From Chiloscyllium plagiosum (taxonomy: Eukaryota), in the NCBI RefSeq assembly GCF_004010195.1, contig NC_057718.1:81025666-81089665 (forward strand): a stretch of 64,000 nucleotides of DNA, in the 5' to 3' direction. The position numbers were made by a program, and so were the translations under genes. Position 1 is the stretch's first letter. Each line of letters starts with the position of its first letter. The notes beneath the pieces are model-generated. The model made no database searches. It saw only the letters and a program-made list of their open reading frames with translations, and was not told where the DNA came from. This document shows positions 38,742 through 51,744 of this stretch, in pieces.

Positions 38742-41700
38742 ACTTGTTATTCAGCATGTCAACTTTCCACTGACATAATTTATACTACCTTTTGACACTC
38801 TTAAGTACCTAGAATTATTTTGCAATTATCTCTTTGCCTATAAATTCTGTGCCTGCGTGCTTCCCTCCACTTCACCTGATGAAGGAGCAATGCTCTAAAA
38901 GCTTGTGATTTCAAATAAACCTGTTGGCCTATAATCTGGCGTTGTGTGTTGTATGACTTGGTCCACTCCAGTCCAACACCATCACCTCTACTTACTGGAC
39001 TGAACACTGGTTCTTTTAGATTTCTGACATGGCCGTTTGGTTGAAGCACATGTAGTGTATTTGTTTCCTAAATCTGTTGCAGCATGCTGTAGATGTGACT
39101 ATGATGTGCCATAGTGCTTACACCAAAATGTCTATTAATTTGACTGTTTTTGGGAGACATGACCAGGTGCTGGGCTTTGTCTGTGCTGCAAGGCAAGGCA
39201 GGAATGTTCTGAGCAATGTAAACGCAAAGTGAGTGAGCAAGCCAACTAAGAGCTCTGAGGTGCACCATACTCTGATGTATGAGACACAAAGTGGCCTGGC
39301 AACAGCATTGCAATGTCAGGTGTCAGTGAGCTCCAAAGTGCTGTATTAAGGTGCTAAAGCCTATTATAATCAAGTTTTGGATGTGCCAAGATGATATTGT
39401 AAGGCTGGTGCTTTGTCGATACAGACCTGTTTAACAGAGATTGCAGGTGGTCACTGCCCAAGGATTGTGCCCCTGAAGTGTCAGAAAATGATGGCCAAGT
39501 TGTATGCCCAGAGAACTGCAGATGCCACACTACTACTGACTTGTTGAGAATTTGTGCCATCTGATTTTTAATTCAGCAGTAGCTGGGGAAAAAAAGCAGT
39601 CTGCATATAAATGAGGTGAGATGCAGCTATGTTGAGCTGTTAATGCTTGCAAATAGTGCTCACTAGTGAGATTTTTCATCTAGCGGTTGAAAACTTAAAT
39701 GGAAAATCAGCTTCTTTTAGTTTCTCAGTGTCAAGAATCTCATTCTTCATTCTTGTTATGATTTTTCATCTGTCTTGCCCATGTCATTCAAGAGGCTGAG
39801 GTATTCAGCCCTGGTTTTTCTTAGATTTGCTCCCATTTCCAAGATGGTAGATGGGAACCATCTTGAAAGAGCAGAAATTCAAATATTTAAGAAAAAGGAA
39901 TGTGGGAAAATAAAGACTGAAAAAAGAGTGGGAAAGAATAATATAGCGTGGGGGGAAACATAAGATGAGCAGGCAAAATTGTTCGCTTGTATTATCTCTG
40001 TCCACATGTATGCTGCCAGTATCGAACTCTGCCTCAATTTCATTTGACTTGGTTCCTCATCTGACTCTGAGCTGTTTAATTGCTTGTCGAATATCCAGAA
40101 CTGGATGAGCAGAAATTTTCTCTGTTGAAATATTTGATAGGTGCCATTAAAGGTGATTTTAAGGGCAGTAAAATAAGGCTTGCAAGATGGCTGAATTACA
40201 TAGGATGTGAACTTTCACATCCTATAATAGCAGATTGATGTGGAAAGATGAAGTCAATGATGAGTTTGCAGCAACTTGAGGATTATGTCAGCCTTTTTTC
40301 TTTTGGCAAGCATGTGGGGTTCATGCTTGTAATAGCTTTGTATGCCATGAAGGCACATTAACATGGAACCAATATCAGTGAAATCCTACTCTCCACATAA
40401 AGTTGGAAAATGGAAAGGTTTTATACTGCACTTAGTTCATGATTGTTCAAAGGTGATGTGCTTTAGTCAGCTTTGTGCAGTTTTGACTAAGATAAGCAGT
40501 CTCTCTGTTGAACTTTGTGTGGTGCCGTGTTGTGGGTCTTGGAAGTTTGGTGTTTTAAGTGCAGTGAAGTACGGCAGAGTGAAGGAAATAGTGTTTTGGA
40601 TGCAGTGGTCTTGTAAGGAAGAGAGATTTGGTGGATGAAGGCTGGGTTTGAAAAATGGCTGGAGAGCCTAAAGCACTGGATTGGTGCTTTCAATGGATTT
40701 GTCCTAAGAATCAAGTTAAGGGTGTGTTGGCCACAGGTAGAGCATTCGAAGTCCTTTCTTCCTAAGATATTTGAACCCTCTGCACTCTCAATGTTTTTGA
40801 TTTGCCTCATCCCATCTACCACAAGCATCTAGCGGGCCTTCATCCTGGTACTGCTTGCAGCAAAGGCAGTACCCACCATGAAGCTTTGAACCTGGCAGTA
40901 CAACTAAAGCTGCTAGCCAGCCTAGCAGGGGTGGAAGTCCTGTTGTAAACCAACCTCATCTTGCAAAGTGCATTATCGCTGTGGGGTAAGCCTCTTATCA
41001 ATCTGGTGTTTTCCTTTGATAGGGACAATGGTGTGGGTCAGTATTGTTTGCATTTTAATAAGGGGAACAGATATGAAAACATCACTCAACTATTTCAGTT
41101 TTTGTTTTGATTTTCTTTATCAACCATTACATCTAGTTGCAACTCTGCCATCACCTGAACTGGAGCCAGTTTGCTCTGTCATGCCCCATTGACTTAGATG
41201 ATCTTGGTAGATATCTGCTGGAGGTAGGGGGCTTAATAGCTCCAGATTACTAGAGATTTTCTTCATTGATGCAGGAGTGTCATCCTCGGCTCCTTGTGCT
41301 GAAGCTGTTGGGATCAGTTGTGGAAGTAGTGAAGAAGTGCTGTTAATGTTGTAGATATTCAGACATGAGGGATCTGATACTGCTCCTTCACCTGGGTGCA
41401 CGAATCCATCTCTGTTCACTGAGGAGATCTGTGTATCTTTTGCTAGCCACTGCTCCACTGAGCACATGATTAGTATTAGAAAGCAGTTTGGAGCGCATAT
41501 GGGTAATCTTCCATGGCAGTCACCACCCTTTCCAAGATTGAAGCTGTTAACTTAAATACAAGAGAACTTGCAGATCTCATGCCATGCATGGTCTCCTGCT
41601 TACCCTGTGCAAAGCTGTACATGATCTGTGCAGTCTAAGAAGTGTACCGCTGTTAGTCTGGTAGGTTCTGTGCAAGCAGTCAGGGAATTTGCAGATTTTT

Positions 41701-43739
41701 CATTCTTGTTGTAGATTGCTTCGGCGTCTGGTCAGTCATTAGTCTAGGCTGTCAGCCCAAGTTGGCCGGAAGGTTGGGCCACAGTCAGTCCTCCATGATC
41801 AATTCAATGAACACTTTAGGTGACGGGGTTGAGGGTTGGAATATTAGAGAGCACTGTTTTGGAAGAGGAGGGAGGTGGGAGGGAGAACCAACCCTGAGAA
41901 GTAGAGGCAGAAATTTGAGATACTTCGGGGACAAGGATGTTGAAGAGGGGAAATTTGATATTCATAAGGGCGTTTTGTGCATGGGATACTGTGGGAGATG
42001 GAGGTTATAGGCAGTTACCACCACTGTTGTCTCCAACAGAGGAGTGTGCATTACGATGGAGGACATGATTAAACTGTAGTGACTGGGCTTAGGGTGTAAG
42101 TATGAGTTGCTGTTGTAATTCCAGTTCTAGATGAGAACATGTAGCGGAATCAGTCATGATGGACTGTCCAGGTAGAAAGGGACATGGAGGTGGGTGGGCC
42201 CTGATAATCAGCTGAGCCTGGGATTCACTGTACCTCGTAAACCTGCATTGCCTTCAATGAGATTTTGATTCCGTTATGTGACCAAGAATAGAAAATGGCA
42301 GCAGATACAACGGGTGGATGGAGTCATTTCTATTTGCGGGGCTAAACGTCAGGGGTGGGGTCTCAACATTTCGGTGATGGGAGGCCCTCCAGGGGTCAGC
42401 TGCATCAGTCATGCACTTATAGAATCAAAGTTCACTTTTTTGCAATCATATGGTTTTTATGGTGCATTAAAAGTGTCCCCATTTCTAAGCCTGAAATTCC
42501 GGATTCATGTCCCATCTGCTCCAGAAAATTATAATAACATCTGTAAACAGGCAGTTGAAAAAATGACTAAGCACTTTTGTGCAGTAGTGGTGTCCCAACT
42601 TCTCAATCATGAGGCCTGGATTCACATCTCACCTGCTCTAGAGGTGTGTAATAACATCTCTGAACAATTGAATAGAGAATACCTTACTCTTGTCAAGTGC
42701 ATGCAGCATATGACTTTGTGGGATACAAATGCTGGTTGCAGGCAATTTTAGGAGAAAATGAGGGCTGCAGATGCTGGAGATCAGAGCTGAAGGCAATTTT
42801 AACCATGTCCTTACAGATCGAAAATAGACATCTCTTTGAGACAGAGGTAATCTCAAACACATTAAAAGTTGAACCTGCAGGCCACGAAATACAAAGCCAA
42901 TGCCAGACCTCAGACAACACAGGGCTACATAGGCCCATACTGACTGTAAGTATAAAGCAACATGCTATTACTTTCAGTGACGTCTTTCATGGGTGATGTA
43001 GAGCTGGGAAGCGAAGAGTTCAGTGCTCATGCAGCACTTGCAATCTCCCAGTGTATCTATGTGATATTATTGGTGGTGTTTTCATTGGAATAAAGTCCAA
43101 TGTCAAAGCTGGATGCAGAGTAATTCCATGACTCTCATTGTGGAAATACTCCATGCCCCACTGCATGGAATAATATGCAAAAATATCATTTGAGAGTGAT
43201 GTGAATACTGACTGCTTGCATTACTGTGGATCTTTCCATTCCTTATGATTCCCAAACATGGCAACTGATAGATCCAGCCACAGCAGGTGTTATTGTCGAG
43301 GTTATTGGAATGCAACAAAATTGCAGAGAAATAGTAGAGAAAAAGGTGTGACCAGGACCAGTAGAAACATAGTGGTACCAAAACCCTGCACATGAAGGGC
43401 TCTCAGGATGTGGAAGAAGTTCGAGGGCCAGAACCTATCATCATTGATACCCAAACTGCACCCTGTTCATTCATGAGAAATGGTAAGATTAAACTGTCCC
43501 AGAACTTTTTCTGAACAATGTCAGCTGCTGGAGTGGGACTTGTGACCTGAAGGGGTGGGTGGCCAACCTATTCTGATCACTGATTTTCTGTTCCAGAGCT
43601 TATGCTCGAAATGTCAACTCTCCTGCTGCTTGGATGCTGTCTGACTGGCTGTGCTTTTCCAGCACCACATTTTTTGACTCTATATTGTTTGATTCAAGGT
43701 GACAGTCACAATGTGACTCAAGGTGACTGGCTTGTTCCA

Positions 43740-44400
43740 AATAGCCAACAGCAACCTGTATGGAATCTCAGGTTTCCACACACAAATGTATTTAGACTAT
43801 TGCTGATGACATTTATGGTGAATCAGAGAGCTTCATCTCATTTCTCTGTGATAAGCTTAGTGCTGCAGTTTGGGCAATAAGATTCATGAACATAGTTGGT
43901 TTCCCTGACTTGTAGCCATCATAGACTGTAAACATTTTGCATTGAAAGGAAAATGTCATAATGCAGCTGAGTTCATCAATAGTAAAGGATTCCAGTCCAT
44001 CAATGTGCAAGTGACCTCTGTTCATAGGTTCCACTTCTCAGACGTTTGCACAAGTTTTCCTAGGCGTTGCCATGTTTCAAATATGGTTGTGACCTCTCAT
44101 GTTTTTGCTGCAGTTCGGGGCCACATGTATTACAAGGATGGTTCGTGGCAGTCAAATGCTATCCTTTGTGACCAGGGCTGATGATACTGTCGTGCAGTGC
44201 TGCTAACTGAATTGGAGCCTAGATATCTTGCTGTCAATTTTTCGACAAAGGCCACGATGAAGCAGAATATGGGCCTCCTAGCAATGAGATCCTGGTGCTT
44301 GGTTAGTCTGTGGTCTCTTGCAGTACATTCCAGATGTACACTGCTGCATAATTCTAGCATGCTATTCTCCACAAAACTGGAGAAAGTAAAGAGAGGGTGT
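43740..44400 (+). pseudogene. Fossil PIF/Harbinger (HARBI1-like DDE) transposase
   Basis: Frameshifted motifs GIS..STHKCI; VGFP..IIDCKHFALK; FINSKGFQSINVQV..F.DVC..FP..CH; TKATMKQNMGLL.MR..CL; LHN. Confidence 0.75.
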
Positions 44401-47315
44401 TAGGGATACTGAAGAGCTGGGAGATGGAGGACAACATTCCAAGTAGGAGAATTAGGACACTAAACAGGAGCCATCACCTTCAGCTTGATAGAGTGCAACT
44501 GTGTTGGATACTACAAACCAGGCAGGATTTAATTGACACCAAGTTCAAGTAGATACAATGACCCTTCGTTGATTACAAAATTGTTGGTGCTCTCCATGAA
44601 GCAGTTTGTTTCCATTCTGTGAGACAACTGCCGATTCTTTGTTTGCTTTCTGTGTTTGTTTTTAGAGTCATAAGGATGTACCGCATGGAAACAGACCCTT
44701 CAGTCTAATTCGTCCGTGCCAACCAGATATCCTAAATTAATCTAGTCCCATTTACCAGTGCTTGGCCCATAGCACACTAAACCCCATTCAGATGCCTTTT
44801 AAAAGTTGTACCAGCCTCCACCATTTCTTCTGGCGGCTCGTTCCATACACATACCGCCTGAGTAATGATGAGTGTTTTGAACCATTTGCAGTCTGTACTC
44901 TGTGATTGTCCTACATTGTAACCCAGTATATCATCTTTGTACAGTGGAATTTAGAGAAAGAATAGCAATGATGTAGAGAGTTGTAAGGTGGAATGTGGCT
45001 AAAGACAAGAAGGCTGTACAGCCTGGTACTTAAATGATTAAGATAGGAATATGCAGTTGTGTCGGGAACACGGGCTGTGTTGATTAGGCCAGCATCTTTT
45101 GCCTATATTAAGTTCCATTGAAAGGCTATGCTGAGCTTCCTTTTTGGACTGCAGTCCTTGAGGAGTAGGTACACACTTTAGGGAAGGCATTTCTGTGTTT
45201 TAACCTAGTGACACTGAAGGAACAGCAATATGTTTCCAAGACTGGCACGAGAGTGGCCTGAAGCAGAGCATGCAAGAAATGGTTCTGGAAGGTTTTTGCT
45301 TCCCTTGTCCTTCTAGATCGTAGTGTGGTGGCATTGGACAGCATTTTCTAAAGAGCTTCGGTGAAGTTTTGCAGCACATTTTGTAAGTAGTACTCTACTG
45401 CCAGTGTTCATCAGTTTCAGGGGAAATGACTGGCATCACGTCATCATACAATCATGTGGGCTGCTTTGGCCTGGATGGTGTCAAGTTTGCTGTTGGAGCT
45501 GCGTTCATTCAGGCAACTGGGGAGTATTCATCATTGTAACTGTTGTGTCATTATGTTGAAGGCAAATGGCAACTTAGGATTGCCAGTACTTGGCTGGCTG
45601 AATGGCTTGTCTGAGCACTGGCGTCAGGTATCAAGCAGAAGTGAATTCTTCCCCCTATGGTGATTGGGAGAATCCAACTAGCATGTAGAAGGGTGCTGGA
45701 GGGTCGTGGTTCCTAATTAATGAGGTGAATTTGGATTGATCACATGTACCTCATGGAGATAAACCCTTCATGAAACCTGACCAAAACTGAAACTTAAGTC
45801 AATTTCTGCTGTTCTGTATTTCTGCCTCTTCAACTTTACTCAAATGTACCCTTGCCTCAGCTTATCTGACAAAATCCTCATCCATATCTTTGTTCCTTCT
45901 AAACTGGAATAATCTAATGTAGTCCTTGTTATGACACAAGCCAAATCAAATCAGCCTCGCTATCACTGGATTCACAACATTCAATGATCCTCAAAATTGC
46001 TCCGTTGTTCAGAACTAGATTTTAGAAATCATAGATTTTGAACACTAATTCTATAACTGAAAGAAAAATTAACTATTTATTCTTAAAAATATAACTTCAG
46101 CGCACAGATGAACCAGAAAGTGACCTAATTGATATCTATGATCTAAGCCTAATTGTCTTTGAATATAAACCCCCACTCTCTCGCCAACAGATAGATGTAG
46201 TTAAGGGACAAATTTTTTAAAAAGAAAATAAGAGATTTGTAATTTGTCAGTTTCATTTCACAAGAATTCATAGCCTTCATGAAATCCTTAGATGATGTGC
46301 TTTATTAGAGGTGCATGGATTGTGTATCTTGCTTGAATTCCAAAGCCATAGTTAATGCAAATAGCTTCCACACACCTCTAAAGATTTTTTACTTATTTCT
46401 TAAAACTGGAATTGTCAGAATTTACGGTAAGTTGATAACTGGAGAATAACCAGAGAGAACAATACTCACAAAAAACCCAGGTTAGCAGCCTCCAAAGCAA
46501 AACCTACCTGCTACCCAAAATTTAGTCAGAGTCAATTCACTCTTTGTTTGCCCTTTTTCAACATTCTCTGTGGTTGATTAGCCAGTACCAGCTCTCCATT
46601 GGTTGACCGATTCACCATACAACTAGCTGCCAGTTCTTGGACATAGCAATATCTTGATGTTGAATCGTCTACAGTGTTCTTAGAGTAGTAATTAATCTGC
46701 ATTATCTTTCCAGGCCAGTTCAAACATCAGTCTTTTGTGTTCCCTTTTTTTTAATTCAACAAACTGCTGTTTCAAGTTCAATCCTCAACTGCAATTCACA
46801 ATTCCAAACCAGTATCAGAAAAAAAGAACATAAGTGATGGTCTGAACACTTCAGGTTGCTCTCCTCAGTTCTACCCTCTACAGACTTGCACTTATTGAAA
46901 CCCTGCCAGCTATGTCCTATTATAGATTAGGTCATGCTAGCCTCCCTCTCCTGTGTTTGCAGACCTCCTATGTTATGGATTTTTTCTGGTATGGTATCGT
47001 TGATTTTCTGGGTTTTATTATTTCAAATCTACCTGGACTCCTCTGTTATTGTTTATCTCTCTTATTGTATCCAGCCTGACAGGCAGTTAGCTCCCGCAGC
47101 TCTGACTACTTGAGTCATTGCCAGTTTCAATGACTGCATGACTTTGTCTTCTGCAGCCAAAGCCACAAATTCTGAAACTCCCTCCCTAAATCTCCACATC
47201 TCTGTCCCACTTGCCATATTTGAGACTCCTTTGGACATTTAGTCATCCATGCTAACATCTTGATGTGACCCACTGCCATTATTTGATAATACTTATGAAG
47301 TGCATTGGAATATTT

Positions 47316-50300
47316 ATAACATAGAGCATAGATCATCACAGTGCAGTACAGGCCCTTCGGCCTTGATGTTGCGCTGACCTGTGAAACCAATCAAAAGCCC
47401 GCCTAACCTACGTTATTCCATTATCATCCATATGTTTGTCCAATGACCAGTTAAATGCCCTGAATGTTGTGGAGTCCACTACTGTTGCAGGCAGGGCATT
47501 CCATACCCTTACTACTGTCTGAGTAAAGAACCTACCTCTGACATCTATTCTATATCTATCACCCCTCAATTTAAAGCTGCATCCCCTTGTGCTAGCCATC
47601 ACCATCTGAGGAAAAAAAACTCTCACTGTCCACCTCATCTCATCCTCTGATCATCTTGTATGCCTCAATTAAGTCACCTTCTAGCCATTTTCTCTTTCTC
47701 GAAAACCGCCTCAAGTCCCTCATCCTTTTCTCATAAGATCTTCCCTCCATTCCAGGTAACGTCCTGGTAAATTTCCTCTGCACCTTTTTCCAATGCTTCC
47801 ACATCCTTCCTATAATGCAGCAACCAGAACTGTACGCAATACTCCAGTGTGGCTGCACCAGAATTTTGCACAGCTGCAATATGACCTAATGGCTCCAAAC
47901 CTCAATCGCTCTACCACTAAAAGCTAACACAGTATACACCGCCTTAACAACCCTGTCAACCTGGGTGGCAACTTTGAGATATCTATGTACATGGACATCC
48001 CGATTTCTCTGCTCATCCAAACTCCCAAGAATCTTACCATTAGCCCAGTACTCTGCATTCATGTTACTCCTTCTAAAGTGAATCATCTCACACTTTTCCG
48101 CATTAAAGTCTATTTGCCGTCTCTTAGCCCAGCTCTGCAGCTTATCTATGTCCCTCTGTAACCTGCAACATCTTTCCACATTGTTCACAGCTCCACTGAT
48201 TTGAGTGTCATCCACAAATTTACTAACCCATCCTTCTACGCCTTCATCCGGGTCATTTATAAAATGATAAACCGCAGTGGCCCCAAAACAAATCCTTGCA
48301 GTACTCCAGGATGAGCATTTCCCATCAACCACCACCATCTGTCGTCTTCCAGCCAGACAATTTCTGATCCAAACCTTTAAATCACCCTCAGTCCCATGCC
48401 TCCATATTTTTTGCAATAGCCTAACGTGGGGAACTTTATCAAACGCTTTTCTGACATCCATATACTCCACATTATTCACTTTACTCTCATCCACCTGTTT
48501 GGTCACCTTCTCAAAGAACTCAGGAAGATTTGTGAGGCACAATCTACCTTTCACAAAACCATGTTGACTATCCCTAATCAAATTATTCATTTCTAGATGA
48601 TTATAAATCCTATCTCTTATAATCCTTCCCAAAATCTGTCCACAACAGAAGTAAGACTCACTTGTCTATAATTACCAGGGTTGTCTCTACGCCCCTTCTT
48701 GAACAAGAGGACAGCATTTGCTATTATCCAGTCTTCTGGCACTATTCCTGTACACAATGACAACATAGAGATCAAATCTAAAGGCTGAGCAATCTCCTCC
48801 CCAGCGAATCCTAGGATAAATCCCATTCGGCAAAGGGGACTTATCTATTTTCACACTCTCCAGAATTGCTAACACCACCTCCTTATGAACCTCAATCCTG
48901 TCTAGTCTTAATAGCCTGTATCTCAGTATTCTCCTCAACAACATTGTCTTTTTCCAGTGCCCTTCATATCTCTTTGGACTCCACGCACCGCATCCCACTA
49001 CTAACCGTGACTGACCCTAATCTTGACATACTTATCGGAAGCTTTAGGGTTTTCCTTGATCCGACCTGCCAAAGACTTCTCATGTCCCCTCCTTTGTCGT
49101 CTTAACTCTCTCTTTAGATCCTTCCTGACTAACTTGTAACTCTCAAAGAATCCTAACTGAGCCTTAATGGCTCATCTTTATATAAAGCTACTCCTTCCGG
49201 TTGATAAGAGATTCACTTCTTTTGCGAGCCATGGTTCCCTTGCTCGACCACTTCCTCCCTGACTGACATGTGTCCTTGATAAGTATGTAACTAAGAGCTG
49301 TTCCTTGAATAAGCTCCACATTTCAATTGTGCCCATCCCCTGCAGTTTTCTTCCTATCCTATGCATCCTAAATCACATCATAATTGCCTTTCCCCCAGCT
49401 ATAACTATTGCCCTATGGTAGATATCTATCCCTTTCCATCGGTAAAGTAAACGTAACTGAATTGTGGTCACTTTCACCAAAGTGCTCACATGCCTCTAAA
49501 TCTAACACCTGGCCTGGTTCATTACCCAGTATCAAATTCAATGTAGCCTCACCTCTTGTTGGCCTATCGATATCCTCCTGCACACTTTGGACAAAAACTG
49601 ACCCATCTAAACTACTTCAACTGTAGTGTTTCCAGTCAATATGTGGAAAATTAAACTACCTTGTTACTTTTGCTCTTATCCAGAATCATCTTTGTAATCC
49701 TTTCCCATACATCTCTGGAACGTTTTAGAGGCTGATAGAAAATTCCCAACAGGGTGACCTCTCCTTGCCTGTTTCTAACCTCAGCCCATACTACCTCAGA
49801 TGGGTCCTCATCAGATCTTTCTGCCACCGTAATACTGTCCTTGTCTAACAATGCCACACGTTCCCTGATCTTACTGAAACGCCTAAACCCACGAACCTGC
49901 AACAACCATGCCTGTCCCTAATCTATCCATGTCTCCAAAATGTTCACAACATTCAAGTCCCAGGTACCAACCCATCCATGCTGTATGTTCACCCACCTTA
50001 TTCCGGATGCTGCTGATGCAGAAGTAGACATACTTCCAACCACCTTCCTGCCTGCTTGTATATTCCTGTGACTTTGAAACCTTATTCATGGCCTCACTAC
50101 TCTAAATCTCCTGTACACTGGAGCTACAATTCAGGTTCCCATCCCCCTGCAGAATTAACTTAAACCCTTCCGAAGAGCATTAGCAAATTTGGCCCCACAG
50201 TATATTGGTACCCCTCTGATTCAGGTGTAAACCATCCCATTTGTAGAGGTCCCACCTACGCCAGAATGAGCCCCAATTATCAGGTATCTGAATCTGTCCC

Positions 50301-50545
50301 TCCTGCACCATCTCTGTGGCCACATGTTGAACTGCTCTCTCGCCCTCGTCCTTGCCTCGCTAGCATGTGGCACAGATAACAAGCCAGAGATGACCTCTCT
50401 TGTTTGTTCTAGCTCTAAGCTTCCACCCCATCTCCCTGAATTTTTTCCTTACATCCTCAGTCCTTTTCCTACCTATGTCATTGGTGCTTATGTGGATCAC
50501 GACTTGGGGCTGTTCCCCCTCCCATTAAGGATCCCAAAAACACAA
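47316..50545 (-). mobile_element. Long decayed CR1 (ORF1 esterase end, endonuclease, RT, 3' UTR)
   Basis: The 248-aa RT ORF at 47886-48632 ([16 protein letters not shown]), endonuclease remnants at 49400-50050, and a DGLHLN remnant near 50230. Tail of the (ctatgtt)n subfamily. Confidence 0.9.
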
Positions 50546-51174
50546 TCCAAGACATTAAAAGTAGTATATTCTCCAGTCCAGGAGAAGGAACACAGCAGAA
50601 TGAATCTAGTAGCAGGGAGAGAATTCAAGCTTTTGCAGCAGCAGCGAGAGATCTGTATCGAGCAGCTTCAACTCCAAAGCCTTCAACAACTGAAAACAAA
50701 AACTAAAAACCCTGGGTCTGTGTGAGCCTGACTCCAGTTACTTATGCTTCTTTTGTCTCGCTTATAAAAAAGCTATTTCTATTGCTTTCCATTGAGCAGA
50801 CACCTCTCCACCAGGTTGACAACACTACTTTCAAGACAAACAGGACTGAACAAATTCTTCTTTAAGTTCTATATTGTCACATGTACACACATGCACGTAT
50901 ATGTGGAATTGGCAAATCAAAAGATTGGTAGTTGTCCAGTGCAAGTTCTTGGAACACTGGCATGCTGGAGATCTTCACTGGTGCCGGGAGTGAAGGTGGG
51001 TAAAGTGGGTTTGCTGAGAACAGTGAGGGAATCTCCAATGAGAACAAAGGTCAAAGATTTAGCAAAAAGAAAAAACAGAAGCCTTCAGCCTTGTGCTGTC
51101 CATGCCTCTGCAGCTTTCTCAGTTGCAAATGAGCTGCCAAATGAAAGTGACACCATCGCCAGACCACTGACATC

Positions 51175-51202
51175 CTGAAGAAGGGCTTATGCCCGAAACG
51201 TC
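51175..51202 (+). ncRNA. Minimal hammerhead ribozyme motif, intact core
   Basis: atc-CTGAAGA-a-gggc-ttat-gccc-GAAA-c-GTC-gat, with helix I atc/gat. Confidence 0.75.
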
Positions 51203-51300
51203 GATTCTCCTGTTCCCTGGATGCTGCCTGACCTGCTGCGCTTTTCCAGCAACACATCTCCGGCTCTGATCTCCAGCATCTGCAGACCTCACTTTCTCCT
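51175..51300 (+). mobile_element. 126-bp hammerhead-headed PLE terminal fragment
   Basis: TSD cactg(a/g)catc at 51165-51174 and 51301-51310. The insert begins exactly at the HHR core. Confidence 0.85.
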
Positions 51301-51744
51301 CACTGGCATCTCTGCCAACAGATGGATTGTCTATATAACTTTGCTCAGTCCTGGTTGGCTATTTTAGGGACTGTATTGGTCTTGGGGCACACAGGCACTC
51401 TGCCATCCTGCCCAGAATCCAAGGGAGGCATGGGGAAGGCAACAAGGTTTCCACTTTTAAACTTCACTGTCAATTATACCGGCCCCAAATGTAGAGTAAT
51501 ATTATGCACATTGTAAACAATGCAAATGTAAATAGTCACCTCATTCAGCAGTTGCATTCAGCTTCTGCACAAAATTAATATGCATTGTTTATTTCTGTAT
51601 AATTTTTAGTGGTACTTTTCTGTTGGAAGATGATATTAAAGGTTGCAGAACCGTGAAGGGCAGTTGGAGTTACAGATCAGTCATGATCTAAATTAATGGT
51701 GATTAAGGCTTTATCTAAGTTCATGGAATAGAGGCAGTGCTGTA

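Larger units (their letters stand above)
36023..38994. mobile_element. Large fold-back PLE: inverted 3' halves joined near 37240, hosting two nested fold-back PLEs
   Basis: Exact TSD ctggactgaa at 36013-36022 and 38995-39004. The left arm (-) and right arm (+) both carry GIY-YIG remnants (NAVYLI) and an HHR (36075-36103 -, 38876-38904 +). A tail of about 35 nt occurs on the right only. Confidence 0.88.

Noticed and set aside
39354..39560. Additional Myb-like remnant
   Set aside because: The similarity is too faint to distinguish from chance.
45928..46848. Solo LTR (tgttatgac...tgaaca)
   Set aside because: The ends look LTR-like, but no matching TSD could be confirmed, so it is left uncalled.
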